DNA from: Lama guanicoe
Lineage: Eukaryota
Reading direction: 5' to 3'
DNA length: 62,000 nucleotides
Assembly (NCBI GenBank): GCA_013239625.1
Contig: MU053881.1
Coordinates: 5,291,957 to 5,353,956 of the forward strand
Part shown: piece after piece, positions 60,571-62,000 of the stretch
Layout: each line of letters starts with the position of its first letter
How positions within the stretch are numbered: the first letter of the stretch is position 1
Position numbers and translations under genes: made by a program
Notes under the pieces: generated by a model
Databases searched by the model: none
What the model was told of the DNA's origin: nothing
The model's input: the letters and a program-made list of their open reading frames with translations, nothing else

Positions 60571-61799
60571 CACCAGCCAGTAGGAAAAAAAAAATCACAA
60601 GACAACCAAAAATCTGTGCAAATGTTCACAGAAAGATATGTTTAGTCAAACAACCAAAAGAGAACAGTTTTAAGGAGCCCAATGTGAAATATAAGTTGAA
60701 GGAAAACATTTCCTTTCAATCATGAATCTGGTGGAGAGAGAGAAACCGTGCTCCTCTTCCTCCAACCTGCTTCTCTTTCTCTCTCCAGGGGTTCAGAGGG
60801 TAGAAATAAATAATAATTGCAATAAATGGGTCACATCTTGCCCACAAGGCTGACATTCTCCCTGTGTCTCCCAGAGACCACCCCCTCAGGCCTGGGCACG
60901 GTGCTGACCCTCCACAAAGGCTGCCAAGTCAGGACTGGGTGGAGAAGGGGTAGACACATCACAGTTACTTTGACCCTAACAGCTGGGGTTCAAAACCAGC
61001 TTGCCCCCTCTTAGCTGGGTGACCCAGGGCAAGTCACTGTCTCCCTCTGATCCTTGCAGGGCTTTTAGCATATTGTTGGGCAGGTAGGACTCCCTGGAGA
61101 AATGCCTCCTCCTCATGCCTGCCTCCTCCTTCTCTCAAAGGCAAACCATGCAAAGCAACATGAAGCATCAATCCAGCGCCTGTATGAAACCATCATAGGC
61201 TGTGAATGAGCGAAACCCCACTTACTAAGGCTGGAGCTGAGTCATCCCCTGCACCTTCGGCATTGGTGGGGGCTCACAGAGAAGAAGGCGGATGAATGGG
61301 CTGAGTTGCATCTGTGTCTATGCACCCTAGCATCTTCAAGCATGGCACTGCCACCAGATGACTCCCCTTTCACATGGAGGATAAATTGGGGGCTCACCTG
61401 TGCACCTGGGCACGGTCTCTCTAGAAGACTGGGTCCCAGCAGAGAGCCTGGAGTGGGCGTGGCAGTCCCAGCCACACAGAGCCTAGAGTGACGGACTGTC
61501 CAACCCCTCATTTCAGATGAGGAAGCAATCGATTGAGAAGCCAAGTAGAATCTGAAGGGTTTGCCTGTCATTCAGGGCTGTCTGTCCGTCCACCCAAGGA
61601 TGTTTTTAAAAGAGGCAACAAAGCCCTCTGGTGGTGAGTCAGCAGGCTGCTGGAGGAAGTCCTCCCTGAGCACATGGGGAATAAGAAATCAGTGAGTGCC
61701 CCCGTCTGGCCGGAGTCAGGAAGATAGGACCCTTGACTAAAGAGCCAAGAGCCCCAACAGCCCCCAGCCAACAGAAGAGCTGGTAAAAGCTGCCTTTTA

Positions 61800-62000
61800 A
61801 CTAGCATCTACTATGATGCCAGGCTCTTTCCATGAGTCTTCTTGTGTAATCCTCACAATAGCCCTGCGAGGACCCATTCTACAGGAGAGAACACTGAGGC
61901 TTTCAGAGGTCTGCTGCTCTGGCCAAGGTCACTCAGTTACTGAACAGCAGAACCAGGGTCAAACGCAGGTCCAAGGGTCCCAAAGCCCAGGTGAAGCGGA
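61800..62000 (-). mobile_element. MIR
   Basis: taatcctcacaatagccctgcgagg...cccattctacaggagagaacactgaggc...ccaaggtcactcag. Confidence 0.8.

Overview
Non-coding mammalian genomic DNA, most likely camelid (alpaca/camel lineage). That assignment rests on three tRNA-Ala-like SINEs of the Vic-1 type plus artiodactyl-type L1 3' ends. I found no host protein-coding gene, RNA gene or CRISPR array. The only ORFs I recognise are LINE-1 ORF2 C-terminal remnants; the rest are chance ORFs in GC-rich or simple-repeat DNA. The window is a dense transposon record: roughly 40 or more MIR fragments, several L2, old (L1M) and young lineage-specific L1 3' ends with clear target-site duplications (TSDs), a dozen MaLR/ERVL/ERV1 solo LTRs, and hAT elements (MER5A, MER20, MER45). 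Between the repeats are unique GC-rich stretches with candidate enhancer motifs and a few minus-strand splice and poly(A) signals that could belong to a non-coding transcript. The most notable items are an unassigned ~165-bp MITE-like element with 29-bp near-perfect inverted ends (26598-26762), a recent ~180-bp tandem duplication containing a body-less poly(A) retroposition (31037-31406), and several nested insertions. I cannot support a new biological system from the sequence alone. Repeat subfamily names are recalled from consensus sequences, and boundaries without a TSD are approximate.
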